A stretch of 64,000 nucleotides of DNA from an uncultured Gemmatimonadales bacterium (GTDB lineage: Bacteria > Gemmatimonadota > Gemmatimonadetes > Gemmatimonadales > GWC2-71-9), in NCBI GenBank assembly GCA_963828735.1, contig CAWHFW010000005.1, positions 2,432,001 to 2,496,000 on the forward strand, read 5' to 3'. The notes beneath the pieces are model-generated. The model was not told the origin of the DNA, made no database searches, and saw only the letters and a list, made by a program, of their open reading frames with translations. Numbering within the stretch: the stretch's first letter is position 1; every line of letters starts with the position of its first letter. This document shows positions 20,531-30,501 of this stretch, in pieces. A program made the translations under genes and the position numbers.

Positions 20531-21694
20531 ATGAGAATTCATTTCCAGTCTCGCGTGGGCCAATCGATCGTGACCGCAATGGCATTGGCCGGATCGCTCA
20601 CGGGCTGCGGTGGAGAGAGCGGCGCTCGCCCGCCTCGACGGGATCCCGCCGCCGTCGCTGGCTCCAAGGCCCCCGTATCGGCCGTTAGCGAACCCGCGAC
20701 TCCAGCCTGGATTCCCAAACCGATCGTCGTTCAGCCGCACCCCAAGGCTGTCCGCCAGGATACCGCTCGCATCGCCCTCGTCGCGGACACCACGCGCGTC
20801 GATTCCGGAGGAGCCCCGGCGAAGCGTCTCGCCCGGAAGCGGGCTCCCGGCGAGCGCCGACCCTACGAGCTCACCCCGGCCGACTCAGCGCGCTGGCCGG
20901 TGAAGGGACCCGCGCCGCTTCCCGGCGCCCTGCTGCCCGAGAACCGGATCGTTGCTTTTTACGGGAACACCAAGTCCACGCGGATGGGCATCCTCGGTCA
21001 GCTGCCGCCGGCGGAGATGCTGCCGAAGCTCGAGCGGACGGCGGAGGAGTGGGCCAAGGCCGACCCGGGACGCCCGGTCATGCCGGCGTTTCACCTGATC
21101 GCGACGGTGGCTCAGGGCAAGCCGGGGGCGGACGGGAAGTATCGGCTCCGCCATTCCGACCGGGTCATCGAGCAGGTGCTCGGGTGGGCCGAGGAGCGCG
21201 GCTGGGTGGTGTTCCTGGACGTGCAGATCGGGCACAGCACCGTGGCCGCGGAGCTACCGCACCTGGTGAAGTACCTGGAGCGTCCGTACGTGCACCTGGC
21301 GCTGGACCCCGAGTTCGCCATGACCCGCGGGGGTGTTCCGGGCGGGCGAATCGGCACGCTCGACGCCACGGACGTGAACTACGCCGTCAAGCTCCTTGCG
21401 GACATCGTCGACAGGAAGAAGCTCCCGCCGAAAGTGCTTGTGGTGCATCGGTTCACGCAGCGCATGTTCACCAACCACGACAAGGTCGTGCTGGACCCGC
21501 GAGTCCAGGTAGTGGTGGACATGGACGGCTTCGGCGCTCCGTGGGACAAGGAAAAGGCGTACAAGCTCTTCATCGTGCCCGAGCCCGTGCAGTACGCGGG
21601 GTTCAAGCTCTTCTACAAGAACGACAAGCCGATGATGACGCCGGCGCAGGTGACCAAGCTCTGGCCGGCGCCGGTGTACGTGCAGTACCAGTAG
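20531..21694 (+). CDS. Lipoprotein of unknown function
   Basis: Lipobox LTGC; conserved-looking C-terminal domain (RIVAFYG..LALDPEF..DMDGFG..GFKLFYKND..YQ). Confidence 0.75.
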   Translation: MRIHFQSRVGQSIVTAMALAGSLTGCGGESGARPPRRDPAAVAGSKAPVSAVSEPATPAWIPKPIVVQPHPKAVRQDTARIALVADTTRVDSGGAPAKRLARKRAPGERRPYELTPADSARWPVKGPAPLPGALLPENRIVAFYGNTKSTRMGILGQLPPAEMLPKLERTAEEWAKADPGRPVMPAFHLIATVAQGKPGADGKYRLRHSDRVIEQVLGWAEERGWVVFLDVQIGHSTVAAELPHLVKYLERPYVHLALDPEFAMTRGGVPGGRIGTLDATDVNYAVKLLADIVDRKKLPPKVLVVHRFTQRMFTNHDKVVLDPRVQVVVDMDGFGAPWDKEKAYKLFIVPEPVQYAGFKLFYKNDKPMMTPAQVTKLWPAPVYVQYQ

Positions 21695-21705
21695 CGCGAC
21701 CGCTC

Positions 21706-23379
21706 CTACTCCATCGCCAGCGTCACATCCGACTTCGCCCACACCTTCTTGAACTGGATCGCGACGGAATCCGCGTCACGGCCCCGCCCCTGCGCGCGGA
21801 GCGCCTCGGAGAGTCCGTAGAGCGACCAGCCGTTGTTCGGGAACTGCACCAGGTCCTGCCGGTACGCCTGCTCCGCATCCCTGGTGCGCCGGGCGGCCAG
21901 GAGGACGGCGCCGAGCTGCTGGCGGAGCGGAAGTGGCCAGGCGGTGGGCTCATCGTAGACCAGATCATCCTCGATCGCGATGCCATGCGTGAAGCTTCGC
22001 ACGGCCTCGTCGGTCTTGCCGGCTCTCGCCGCGATATTGGCCGCGAGGTGGCGCTCGGCGATCTGGAGCAGCGCCCGGCTCGAGTTGAGGTTCGCCATCT
22101 GCTCGGGCGGAGTCTTCGCCGCGATCGCGCTCACGCTGTCGAGCGCTGCCCGCGCCGAGTCTGCCTTCCCCTTCGCCGAGAAGGCGAGCCCGCGCGTGTA
22201 GTACCAGATCCCGGTGGTGTAGCGGAGCCCAGGCGCCGGCGCGGGCTCCGCCAGGATGTCGTCCCATCGTGAGAAGCGGGCGAGCGTGAACAGCACCACC
22301 GGCGAGTAATACTCCAAGGGCGGGATCATGTGAACCACGTCCGCTGGAACCTTCTCGACGATCGTCCGGGCCGCCGCGAGTGCCTCGGCGCTCCGCCCCA
22401 TCATCTCGAGCGCCTCCCACATGACGTGGTAATTGTGGGGCACGTATCCGAGCGGATACACCCCGGTCGGGTGACGCGAGTCGAGATACTGCTGGTCCAC
22501 GTGCACCGCAGTCGCGTTGTGATCGACCGCCTCGTCCCAACGTCCGAGCCGCATGTAGATGTGCGTCGGCATGTGGACCAGGTGACCAGCGCCGGGCACG
22601 AGGCTGCCGAGCCGCTCGGCGCACGGCACCGCCTTGGCCGCGAAGTTGGAGGCCTCGATCGCGTGGATATAGAAGTGGCACGCACCCGGGTGGTTCGGAT
22701 TGCGCTTCGTCACGTGCTCCAGGACCGTCACCTGCTCCATCGTGCTCGGCGCGAGCGCCTTGCCCGCGTTGGTCCAGTAGTTCCACGGCCGCAGGTCCAT
22801 GAGCGCCTCGGCGTAGAGCGTGGCGGCGTCGTCGTCCTTCGGGTAACGGCGGGACACCTCGCCGATGGCCTTGGCCCAGGCCGAGTCCTCGGCGGCTCGG
22901 CTGGCGGCGGGCTCGGCGACGTAGCGCGCCTCGAGCGCCTTGATGTATGCCTGCTCCCTGGGACTCACGCCGGGAGCGAACCGGACCGCCTGCCGCAGCG
23001 CCGCCCACGCGGGACGCACGGCCGCGGTGTCCATCGGGAGGTTGATGTTGGGGCCCAGCGCGTAGGCGATTCCCCACCAGCACATCGCGCAGGTGGAGTC
23101 CTCCCGGGTGCCCTCGGTGTACGACTTGATGGCCTCGTCGTGGTTGAAGCCGTAGGTGAGCCGGAGGCCCTGATCGAAATACTTCTGGGCCACGGGCGAC
23201 CGGGTCGTGATCGCCATGTGGTAGGTGCCCAGGTTGTCGTAGAGCGGCGTCCGGCCGCCCGACGAGGAGTCGGCCGGAGCCATCTCCATGTCGTGGTTGT
23301 GGCCTTCGTGCTCCTGGGCCGCCAACATCCCTGCCGCTGTGCCCATCATCGCAACCGTCACCAGCCATGTCCCGCGCAT
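21706..23379 (-). CDS. Secreted TPR protein
   Basis: Signal peptide; AQKYFDQGL..GFNHDEA; HPGACHFYIH; GHLVHMPTHIY; NGWSLYGL. Confidence 0.85.
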   Translation of the reverse strand: MRGTWLVTVAMMGTAAGMLAAQEHEGHNHDMEMAPADSSSGGRTPLYDNLGTYHMAITTRSPVAQKYFDQGLRLTYGFNHDEAIKSYTEGTREDSTCAMCWWGIAYALGPNINLPMDTAAVRPAWAALRQAVRFAPGVSPREQAYIKALEARYVAEPAASRAAEDSAWAKAIGEVSRRYPKDDDAATLYAEALMDLRPWNYWTNAGKALAPSTMEQVTVLEHVTKRNPNHPGACHFYIHAIEASNFAAKAVPCAERLGSLVPGAGHLVHMPTHIYMRLGRWDEAVDHNATAVHVDQQYLDSRHPTGVYPLGYVPHNYHVMWEALEMMGRSAEALAAARTIVEKVPADVVHMIPPLEYYSPVVLFTLARFSRWDDILAEPAPAPGLRYTTGIWYYTRGLAFSAKGKADSARAALDSVSAIAAKTPPEQMANLNSSRALLQIAERHLAANIAARAGKTDEAVRSFTHGIAIEDDLVYDEPTAWPLPLRQQLGAVLLAARRTRDAEQAYRQDLVQFPNNGWSLYGLSEALRAQGRGRDADSVAIQFKKVWAKSDVTLAME

Positions 23380-23529
23380 CGTCAGTCTCCTTGGCGTGTG
23401 GCCATTCTACTGCTCACCGCCAACCTACGGCGGCCGCGCAAGAGGTACTTCGCCCAAAACTACCATTCGCTCCATGCGCAGGTCATGGCCGAAAGCGGCC
23501 ATGGACACCCCCGCGCACGGGTGACGCCA

Positions 23530-23655
23530 CTACAGTAGTCCCGCCTTGGCGGCCCAGGCAACGGCGGCCGCCCGGGAGGGGAAGTCCTGTCTTCGTGAGG
23601 ATGTTGGTCACGTGCCGGTGGATGGTATGCTCACTCAGCTCCAGGCGAGCCGGCC
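23530..23655 (-). pseudogene. LuxR-type HTH remnant
   Basis: Manual translation gives ARLELSEHTIHRHVTNILTKTGLP/SRAAAVAWAAKAGLL* with one extra C. No upstream domain is visible. Confidence 0.6.
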
Positions 23656-23814
23656 GGCCTCCAGGCTATGATCGGCGGGGTTCGTAGGAGAGCGGTGGCC
23701 AGAGTGGGGGTCTCGGAGGCTCCGGGACTCCTGAGAAGTATCGCGGTGATGCTCCTTACGGCATGACGGCGGGGGCCGCGCCAGATTGGCGCATCCTTTG
23801 ACCGGGGAGCCCCA

Positions 23815-24102
23815 ATGGCTGGGAGAACGAAGCGGTTAGCGAAGGCGGTGGTCGTGCTCGCGACGAGCGCGGCGGTACGGAAGGCGGTGCAGAAGGCAGC
23901 GGAGGATCCGCGGGTCAGGAAGCAGGCCATCAAGGTCGGTGCCGTCGTAGGAGCAAAGGCCCGGGCCGCGGGCAGGGCGGCTAGCAAACGCGCGACCGCG
24001 CTTGCACAGGACGCGGGCACGCGCATGGGAAAGAAGCTTGCTGGACCCCGGAAGACCGCGGGGAAGAAAATCAAACGGCTGGGCAAGGTGGTCGCGGGCT
24101 AG
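23815..24102 (+). CDS. Small basic Lys/Ala-rich hypothetical protein
   Basis: GGGGAG RBS, ATG start, followed by a terminator hairpin. Confidence 0.65.
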   Translation: MAGRTKRLAKAVVVLATSAAVRKAVQKAAEDPRVRKQAIKVGAVVGAKARAAGRAASKRATALAQDAGTRMGKKLAGPRKTAGKKIKRLGKVVAG

Positions 24103-24125
24103 AGCGGGATCATGGGTCGGGAGTT

Positions 24126-24159
24126 GCGAAGGGGCGTGCCGCGGCACGCCCCTTTTCGC
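24126..24159. terminator. Probable bidirectional terminator
   Basis: GCGAAGGGGCGTGCCGCGGCACGCCCCTTTTCGC between convergent genes. Confidence 0.7.
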
Positions 24160-24188
24160 CTCCTGTACCCACGGCCCGCTGGATCGCC

Positions 24189-25388
24189 TTAGCCGCGGTC
24201 GAAGCGAAACAATTCGGCGTCCGGATTCGGCCGGCCGAGGAAGAGGTCGAGCAGGATTCCCGCCGCGATCCAGCTGAACGTGATGCCGTTGCCGCCGTAG
24301 CCCAGCGCGAAATAGCCGTGCGGGAACTGCCGCGCGGTCCCGATGCAGGGCAGGCCGTCGGGCGTCTCGCCGAAGGTCCCGCCCCACCGCCAGTCCGCGT
24401 CGCCGCGAATGGCCGGAAACATCTCCCGGAACTGCCGCTCGAGCCGCTGACAACGCTTGACGAGGAGCACGTCGCGCTTGTGCGCCCGGGAGAAGGGCGT
24501 GTCGGCGCCGCCCACGATGGCGCGGCCATCGGCCGACATGCGGGCGTAGAAGTAGGGGCGTGCCGTCTCCCAGATGAGGCAGCGGTCCTCCCCCCACCCG
24601 TCGGCGCCGTCGAGCGGCTCCGTCGCGAAGGCGTAGGTGCTGAGGAGGCGCACGAGCGAGCGGTCGAGGAACTCGGGCGTCTCGTAGCCGGTCGCGAACA
24701 CCGCCTTGCGAGCGTGCACCCGTGCCCCGCCGGAGGTGCGGAGCTCGACACCCTGGCGCTCGCTATCGTAGCCTACCACCGGCGTACGGTCGTACACCTC
24801 GAGCCCCGCGGCGGTCGCCTCGGCCAGCAGCTTGTGGGTCAGGCGGTAGGCATCGACCTCTCCCGCGACGGGCGAGAGCAAGGCGGCCGGCCGCGAGAAC
24901 GAGAAGCGCTCGCGGATGTCGCGCTCCGAGAGCAGCTCGAGCTCGATGCCGGCCGTGCGGCGGGCAAGCCACTCCTGCTCGAGCACCCGGCGGTCGCGAC
25001 GGCGGCTCGCGAGATACAGGCTCCGGGTCGCGCGCCAGCCACACGCGTCGCCGGCCAGCGACGCGATGCCGCGCACCGCATCCACGCAGAGCTGGTAGCT
25101 CCGAACGGCGCGGTCAGCGCCGACGCGCTCGATCAGGTCCACGAGGTGGGTGTCGATCTCGTACTGAATGAGGGCGGTGCTCGCGGCGGTGCTGCCGCGG
25201 GCGATCTCGCGGGATTCGAGCAACACCACGGCGATGCCCTCCCGAGAGAACCGATGCGCCACGAGCGCGCCGGTGATCCCGCCGCCGATGACGGCGACGT
25301 CGCACGTGCGATCGCGATGGAGGCGGGGGTACACAGCGGGCAGGCCCACGAGGGTCGGCCAGAGCGGGGTGCCACTCGTCAGGTCCAT
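24189..25388 (-). CDS. FAD-dependent oxidoreductase (DAO/DadA family)
   Basis: DVAVIGGGITG, GSTAASTAL, WGGTFGETPDGLP, LGYGGNGIT. Confidence 0.9.
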   Translation of the reverse strand: MDLTSGTPLWPTLVGLPAVYPRLHRDRTCDVAVIGGGITGALVAHRFSREGIAVVLLESREIARGSTAASTALIQYEIDTHLVDLIERVGADRAVRSYQLCVDAVRGIASLAGDACGWRATRSLYLASRRRDRRVLEQEWLARRTAGIELELLSERDIRERFSFSRPAALLSPVAGEVDAYRLTHKLLAEATAAGLEVYDRTPVVGYDSERQGVELRTSGGARVHARKAVFATGYETPEFLDRSLVRLLSTYAFATEPLDGADGWGEDRCLIWETARPYFYARMSADGRAIVGGADTPFSRAHKRDVLLVKRCQRLERQFREMFPAIRGDADWRWGGTFGETPDGLPCIGTARQFPHGYFALGYGGNGITFSWIAAGILLDLFLGRPNPDAELFRFDRG

Positions 25389-25563
25389 GAGTCACATACT
25401 GGCGCCCTGCCGGGAGGAGGCGCGGTGACGCGGGTCGCGGGGCGCCGATCGGCTAACCCGCGCGGCTGGTCGCCCAAGGCGGCGCCGTAACCGGAGGCGG
25501 CGTCGCTCGTTAGCGGGCGTCGATCGAAGTGGTCAGTGCGGAGCTTGGGGGCCGCATCGAGCG

Positions 25564-25592
25564 TTGACGGGCCTACCCCCGCCCGCTAGGTT
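25564..25592 (+). promoter_or_regulatory. Sigma70-type promoter of the tRNA pair
   Basis: TTGACG-17 nt-TAGGTT ending 24 nt before tRNA-Ala. Confidence 0.65.
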
Positions 25593-25616
25593 TACGGCCT
25601 CGCGGGACGAATCCCT

Positions 25617-25689
25617 GGGGCTGTAGCTCAGCTGGGAGAGCGCTGCAATCGCACTGCAGAGGTCAGGGGTTCGATCCCCCTCAGCTCCA
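25617..25689 (+). tRNA. tRNA-Ala(CGC)
   Basis: GGGGCTG..CAGCTCC acceptor stem with G3:U70; anticodon arm CTGCA-ATCGCAC-TGCAG; GGTTCGA T-loop; CCA not encoded. Confidence 0.95.
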
Positions 25690-25708
25690 TGACAATCGAA
25701 GGCAGTAC

Positions 25709-25781
25709 TGCCCCTTGGTGTAACTGGCAACACGCCTGACTCTGGATCAGGAGAGTCCTGGTTCGAGCCCAGGAGGGGCAA
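25709..25781 (+). tRNA. tRNA-Gln(CTG), anchor of the downstream array
   Basis: TGCCCCT/AGGGGCA acceptor stem (U1-A72); anticodon arm CCTGA-CTCTGGA-TCAGG; GGTTCGA T-loop. Confidence 0.95.
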
Positions 25782-25782
25782 T

Positions 25783-25813
25783 GGCCGGTGCAATTGCACC
25801 GGCCGTTTTCTTT
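25783..25813 (+). terminator. Terminator after tRNA-Gln
   Basis: Perfect palindrome GGCCGGTGCAATTGCACCGGCC followed by GTTTTCTTT. Confidence 0.75.
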
Positions 25814-26041
25814 GGGGGGCCTGCTGGGGCCAGCCATGCCAACATGCCAGGAGCGCACGTGAGCGGTTCGTTCGTGCGGGCACGAAAGCGTTCATCCCTT
25901 TCTGAAACAATCCTCACCAACATCTCACCCCGTCTTATATCTCTGAAAGACACTTTGTACTTCCTCGAATTGTTGTCACCGTCGCGCGTTACACCGGCAA
26001 TAGGTCGCCGCCACGTTAATGACTCGAAAGACGGGAACACT

Positions 26042-27079
26042 ATGTCTCGACCAACGCTACTCGCCACCACGGTGGGCGGCCTCTGCCTGGCACTCGTGGC
26101 CTGTGAGAGCCCCTCCGGGGCTGGCCTCACGGAGCCAGAAACCAGAGGCCAAACGGCTCCAAGCGCAGCCGCCGCAGGCAGTGCTCTAACATTCAACGGC
26201 ACCTGGAGGACGATGCCCTCCCTTCAGCCGGCTCGCTGGCGGCATGCCGCGGATGTCCTCGGCAAGTCCATCGTCGTGGTTGGCGGGCTGAGCGGAGACC
26301 AACGGCAGGCCTTGAGCAGGGTCGACGCGTTCAATGTGGAGACGCGGACCTGGACTGCGTTGAAATCCTTGCCGATTCCGTTGTATGACGTCAACGGGGC
26401 GACCCCCGTCCAAGGCAAGCTTTACGTTTCAGGAGGGAGATCGTCACCGGACGAAGACTGCGCAAAAACTCTGTTCGTCTATGACCCCGCGACGAACTCC
26501 TGGGCTCGCAAGGCAGATATGCCATTCAAGGGGTGTGTCGGGGTCCAAGCTCACGTTCACGGTCAACTCTACGTGTACACCTTCCCCCAATCACCGCCGG
26601 ACATAAGGCTCTTCGCGTCGTACAATCCCAAGACGGATAAGTGGGTGCGCCGGCCCCTCCCCAAGGGCTTGCACTTCGCTTACCCAGTGGCCGGCGCAAT
26701 CGACGAGAAATTCTACCTCACTAGCGGAGAGGCGTTCACAGGACTTTCCGATAGTGAGCTCGAGGTCTATGATCCAGCGACCAGAACGTGGACCACGAAG
26801 AGTCCTATGCCCAGTGGACGGTCCGTTGCGTCCGCCGCCGTCCTGCATGGGAAGCTCTTTGTGGCCGGGGGTGTAGTGGACCGGAACGGCCTGGCGATTG
26901 TGACCGGCGCCATCGAGGCATATGACCCCCTGAGCGATACCTGGGCCACCGGACCGTCGATGCCCACTCCGAGGGCGCACGCAGCTTCCGCGTGGGCAGG
27001 TGGGAGGTTCTTCGTCATCGATGGTATTAGAGGTGGTCCATTGAGCAGCCAGGTCGAGGCCTTGTCGACGGCGTACTAG
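26042..27079 (+). CDS. Kelch-repeat beta-propeller lipoprotein
   Basis: Lipobox LVAC; six kelch-like repeats (VVGG..FNVETRTW, LYVSGG..YDPATNSW, and so on). Confidence 0.9.
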   Translation: MSRPTLLATTVGGLCLALVACESPSGAGLTEPETRGQTAPSAAAAGSALTFNGTWRTMPSLQPARWRHAADVLGKSIVVVGGLSGDQRQALSRVDAFNVETRTWTALKSLPIPLYDVNGATPVQGKLYVSGGRSSPDEDCAKTLFVYDPATNSWARKADMPFKGCVGVQAHVHGQLYVYTFPQSPPDIRLFASYNPKTDKWVRRPLPKGLHFAYPVAGAIDEKFYLTSGEAFTGLSDSELEVYDPATRTWTTKSPMPSGRSVASAAVLHGKLFVAGGVVDRNGLAIVTGAIEAYDPLSDTWATGPSMPTPRAHAASAWAGGRFFVIDGIRGGPLSSQVEALSTAY

Positions 27080-27120
27080 TACAGGTCAACACAGGCTCAC
27101 AACAGGCGACGTAGGCAAAG

Positions 27121-27150
27121 GGCCCCACTGGTCGCTGAACCAGTGGGGCC
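27121..27150. terminator. Hairpin after the kelch gene
   Basis: GGCCCCACTGGT-CGCTGA-ACCAGTGGGGCC. Confidence 0.65.
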
Positions 27151-27368
27151 GCTCGCGGCCAAACATCACCTCATTCCATGACGGTAGAGCTTAGCAATTC
27201 CAGCCCCTCGATGAGCTGAGTCTCACACACCCCTCGGCTCACTTCAGCACCTCACAGGCGCTCGGCATCGACGGCGAGCGGGTGAACGCCCACGAGCGGG
27301 AACGCCTGGCCAGCGGCCCGCTCTACCGTCAACGTGGAGCATGGCGGCTCTCCGCTGGGCCGACTTCA

Positions 27369-27574
27369 GCAAACTGTGACATTTGAGTGGGTAAAGTACG
27401 GCAAAGTCGAGCATTCAAGTGGCCAAACTCCAGCATCGGGTGACACGAACTCGCGTAAAGGCTGCAAGTTGCTGGAATTCGGGGTGTTCTACTGCCCCCT
27501 CTGGATCAGGAGAGTCCTGGTTCGAGCCCAGGAGGGGCAATCAAGCCCGGCAACGACTTAGCTGTTGCCGGGCT
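27369..27574 (+). repeat. att-like junction R1: arm + tRNA-Gln 3' half (27499-27540) + hairpin
   Basis: 42 nt identical to tRNA-Gln from CTCTGGA to GGGGCAA; upstream arm GACATTTGAGTG..CAGCATCGGGTGACACGAACTCGCGT..CAAGTTGCTGGA; hairpin AGCCCGGCAAC..GTTGCCGGGCT. Confidence 0.95.
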
Positions 27575-28339
27575 CGGCAAGGCCGTTGGGGGATCATCCT
27601 CACGCGGACTCGATCAAGCAAGAGCGGGGTACCTGCAGCGGAGGCTAGTGTACCGCTGCTATCAGGCGTTATCTGGATCCGCGAGCCTGACACACTGGGC
27701 GCTTCACCATTGCCGCAGCCAGCACCCAAGCCCAAAACAGAGCTGCCAAGTATTCCCGTAAGGCGGTGCACAAGCTGGCGGCGCGACACATGAGCCGAGA
27801 TCAATTCTTTCCAAAACGAAGTAAGAAGGCTGTCCATCTGACCCTCCCTTGAAGGAGTTAGCGAGGTAGGACATTTCCTGTGACTTCGTTTCCCACTGTT
27901 CGTCTGGCCGATCAACCATAGGTATGTCAGAACACTTCAGACCATGACTGAGTCAGCTCAAGCAATTGGAGGGGATACGCGGGCCCAGTCCATGCTCGAC
28001 TTCATGGCGCTTTGATGGTACAGGTAACAGTATGGGCAAGCCGCGGAAGGTGGACGACACGGCTACGCGGCTCACTGTGAAGATCGGCGAGATCCACGGC
28101 CATAAGGCGAACCTCAAAGCCGGCTGGTGGGTGCAGGCGAGGCTAGCCGTGGCTATTTGCAGCCCTGTGTGAGTTCCTCTGTGAGTTAGTTCCAGCGTTA
28201 AGTTCCCCGGAAAGCATGCCACAAGCTTCCATCCGGCCCTCTCAGCTGGTAAGCCCTCCTGAGGCAATAGGCGGCCAAGCGCCGGTCTACTGGCTTGCCG
28301 ATGCCGCTTCTACTTGGGATCAGAGAGATCGGTACCTCA

Positions 28340-28616
28340 CCAACCCGTAGATGAGCTGTCCGGAACCGACCTAGGGCTATCTCCGCAACCTTGGCATTCC
28401 CGGTGGCCCGATTCATCTGAGCATCAGAGTGTCCAGCCGTGCGTTCACGGAGTCCATCAACCGCATCTGCTGCCGCATGTCCATGCTCATCATCATGCCG
28501 TGATGCATATTGTCCGTGGCATATGCGGCCGGGTTGCTGCGCGGCCAGTGGGTGGGGTGGGTTCCGAGGAGCAGCGTCAACAGAGCCGCTCCGAATGCTC
28601 CGACCTTCATAGTCAC
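28340..28616 (-). pseudogene. Small secreted Met/His-rich protein, frameshifted or truncated
   Basis: Signal-like N-terminus and MHHGMMMSMDMRQQM. The helix RLDTLML appears to continue as MNRATGNAKVA in another frame. Confidence 0.45.
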
Positions 28617-28690
28617 AGCTCCTTATCCCGACAATGTGGCGCCGCCGAATGGATGCATCCGGCGGCGCCTTGATACCCGGGCAACGGCGC

Positions 28691-29804
28691 TTATGGAATG
28701 TACTGCAGGTTGTCAGCAGGCGCGGGGACTCCGCCCACCAGCTCGATACGCGGGCTGCCATTGCGCAGGACCTTGGTTCCCGCGGCGTTGACCACAGGGC
28801 TCGGCAGCGAGGCCCGCCGGGTCCACGCGTCGGTCACCGGGTCGTACACGATGGTGACATCCAGTTCCTGGAGCTCATTTGCGATCGGATCGTACCGAAG
28901 GCCGCCCATCACGTACAGCTTGCTACCCAGCACGGCCGTTGCCACACCGCTGCGTGCCAGTCCCAGTGGATTCTTGGCCGTCCACCGGTTGGTGGCAGGA
29001 TCATAGACGGACAAGCGTCCCTTATTTCCATAGTCTCCTCCCATTACGTAAAACTTTCCCCCAATCACCCCTCCCGCGAGCGGTGTCCACACCATCTCAT
29101 GCGCCGTCGCCGCGGGAAACGGCGGAGCGAGCGTGACCCACCGGTCGGTTACCGGGTCGTAGCGGAACAACCGTGGACCGGTGAGGTCGCCTTCGCAGAC
29201 GTCATCCTCAGTGTAGTACACGCGCGAGGAGCACCGTGTGACCACGTAGAGCTTGCCGTTGATCACGCCGGTCACACCGTTGGATCCCACCGTCCAGTCC
29301 TTACGTGGGACCTCCGATCGTCGGAAGGTCGTGCTTCCGGGTCCAGGTATTCGTGCCGGGATCGTACACGTAGAGCGCCCTAGTGGGAGGAGCGTCTCCG
29401 CTCGTTGAGAACCCGCCGGAGACGTAGATCTTTCCGTTGATCACGCCGGCGCCGTTGGACGACGCCAAGGGAACGGGGAGCGGCCGCCGCTCGGTCCAGG
29501 TATTGGTGGCGACATTGTAGGCCGTGACCTTCCTCAGCGGGCTCACCGGGTACACATCGGTAAATCCGCCTATCGCATAGACGATCGACTGCCCGGCTGC
29601 GTTCGTCACTGTAGCCACAGCAAGATTTCTCCGCACGCTCGGCAGGTTTTTCCGTGTGATCCAGCTGTTGCTGGCAACTACCAACTCGGGCCCGCTCAGC
29701 GTGGGCTCCGCTGGCTGGGTCGGCTCGGTTGAATTATCGCTGCACGCCGCGACCCAGGCCATGCTGAGGGCCAGTGCGCCGGGTACTAGTGAACAGTATC
29801 TCAT
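28691..29804 (-). pseudogene. Second kelch-repeat lipoprotein, split by a frameshift near 29300 (or a sequencing error)
   Basis: MRYCSLV..VAAC lipobox. Kelch repeats occur in both 29301-29804 and 28691-29290, which are offset by one base. Confidence 0.8.
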
Positions 29805-30199
29805 TGCGGTCTCTTCTTCCTTGGCGGGAGCGGCGCTCCCAGCAACCACGTACTCGGCGAGCGATTCACGCCAGCCGCTGCCTGATGCTCTAGGCAGGGC
29901 AATTATGCATCAGAGGCTCGGAAACGGTGGTGAGGTCCTGCTGAAGAATTCTTCATCCCTCCACCTTGCCCCCCGGGGTTCCTTGCAGCAACAATGAGCC
30001 GCACTCACCTCGGGATACATGCCCGGGTGTCCGGCGCCTGGTGCTTCATCGGCAGCGGGTCACGCATCGGAATCACAGCACCACCACTCGCAGCACCGGA
30101 GAACCTCCGAGGATCTTCTCAGTGCGCGGTACTGCATAATTGACGGTGCTGACACCGTGCGCATTCTACGAGGCTACAAGAAGTGTGGCTGCGGATCCG

Positions 30200-30411
30200 G
30201 CAAAGTACGACGTTTGAGTGAGTAAGTACGGGCAAAGTCCGGCATCCAAGCCGGCAAACTCTGGCAGCGGGTGACACGAACTCGCGTAAATGGTGGCAAG
30301 TTGCCGGAGTTTAGGCGGTTACAGCGGTCCCTCTGGATCAGGAGAGTCCTGGTTCGAGCCCAGGAGGGGCACTGAAAGCGCCGCATCGGGTTTCCCCGGT
30401 CGCGGCGCTTT
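30200..30411 (+). repeat. att-like junction R2 (tRNA half 30331-30371)
   Basis: Diverged arm, tRNA-Gln 3' half and hairpin AAAGCGCCGC..GCGGCGCTTT. Confidence 0.95.
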
Positions 30412-30462
30412 CCCTATTTGCGGCTCATGGCGGAGCAGAGTAGCCGGCCGGTCGCGTACCCC

Positions 30463-30501
30463 TTGCGCTCCAGTTGCCAGGTGTGTATGATGATCATCAT
30501 A
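30463..30501 (+). promoter_or_regulatory. tetR promoter with overlapping palindromic operator
   Basis: TTGCGC-17-TATGAT; perfect 16-bp palindrome TATGATGATCATCATA at 30486-30501. Confidence 0.7.

Noticed and set aside
25781..26041. 87-aa N-terminal extension of the kelch ORF
   Set aside because: It starts at the tRNA end and crosses the terminator; the lipoprotein signal begins at ATG 26042.
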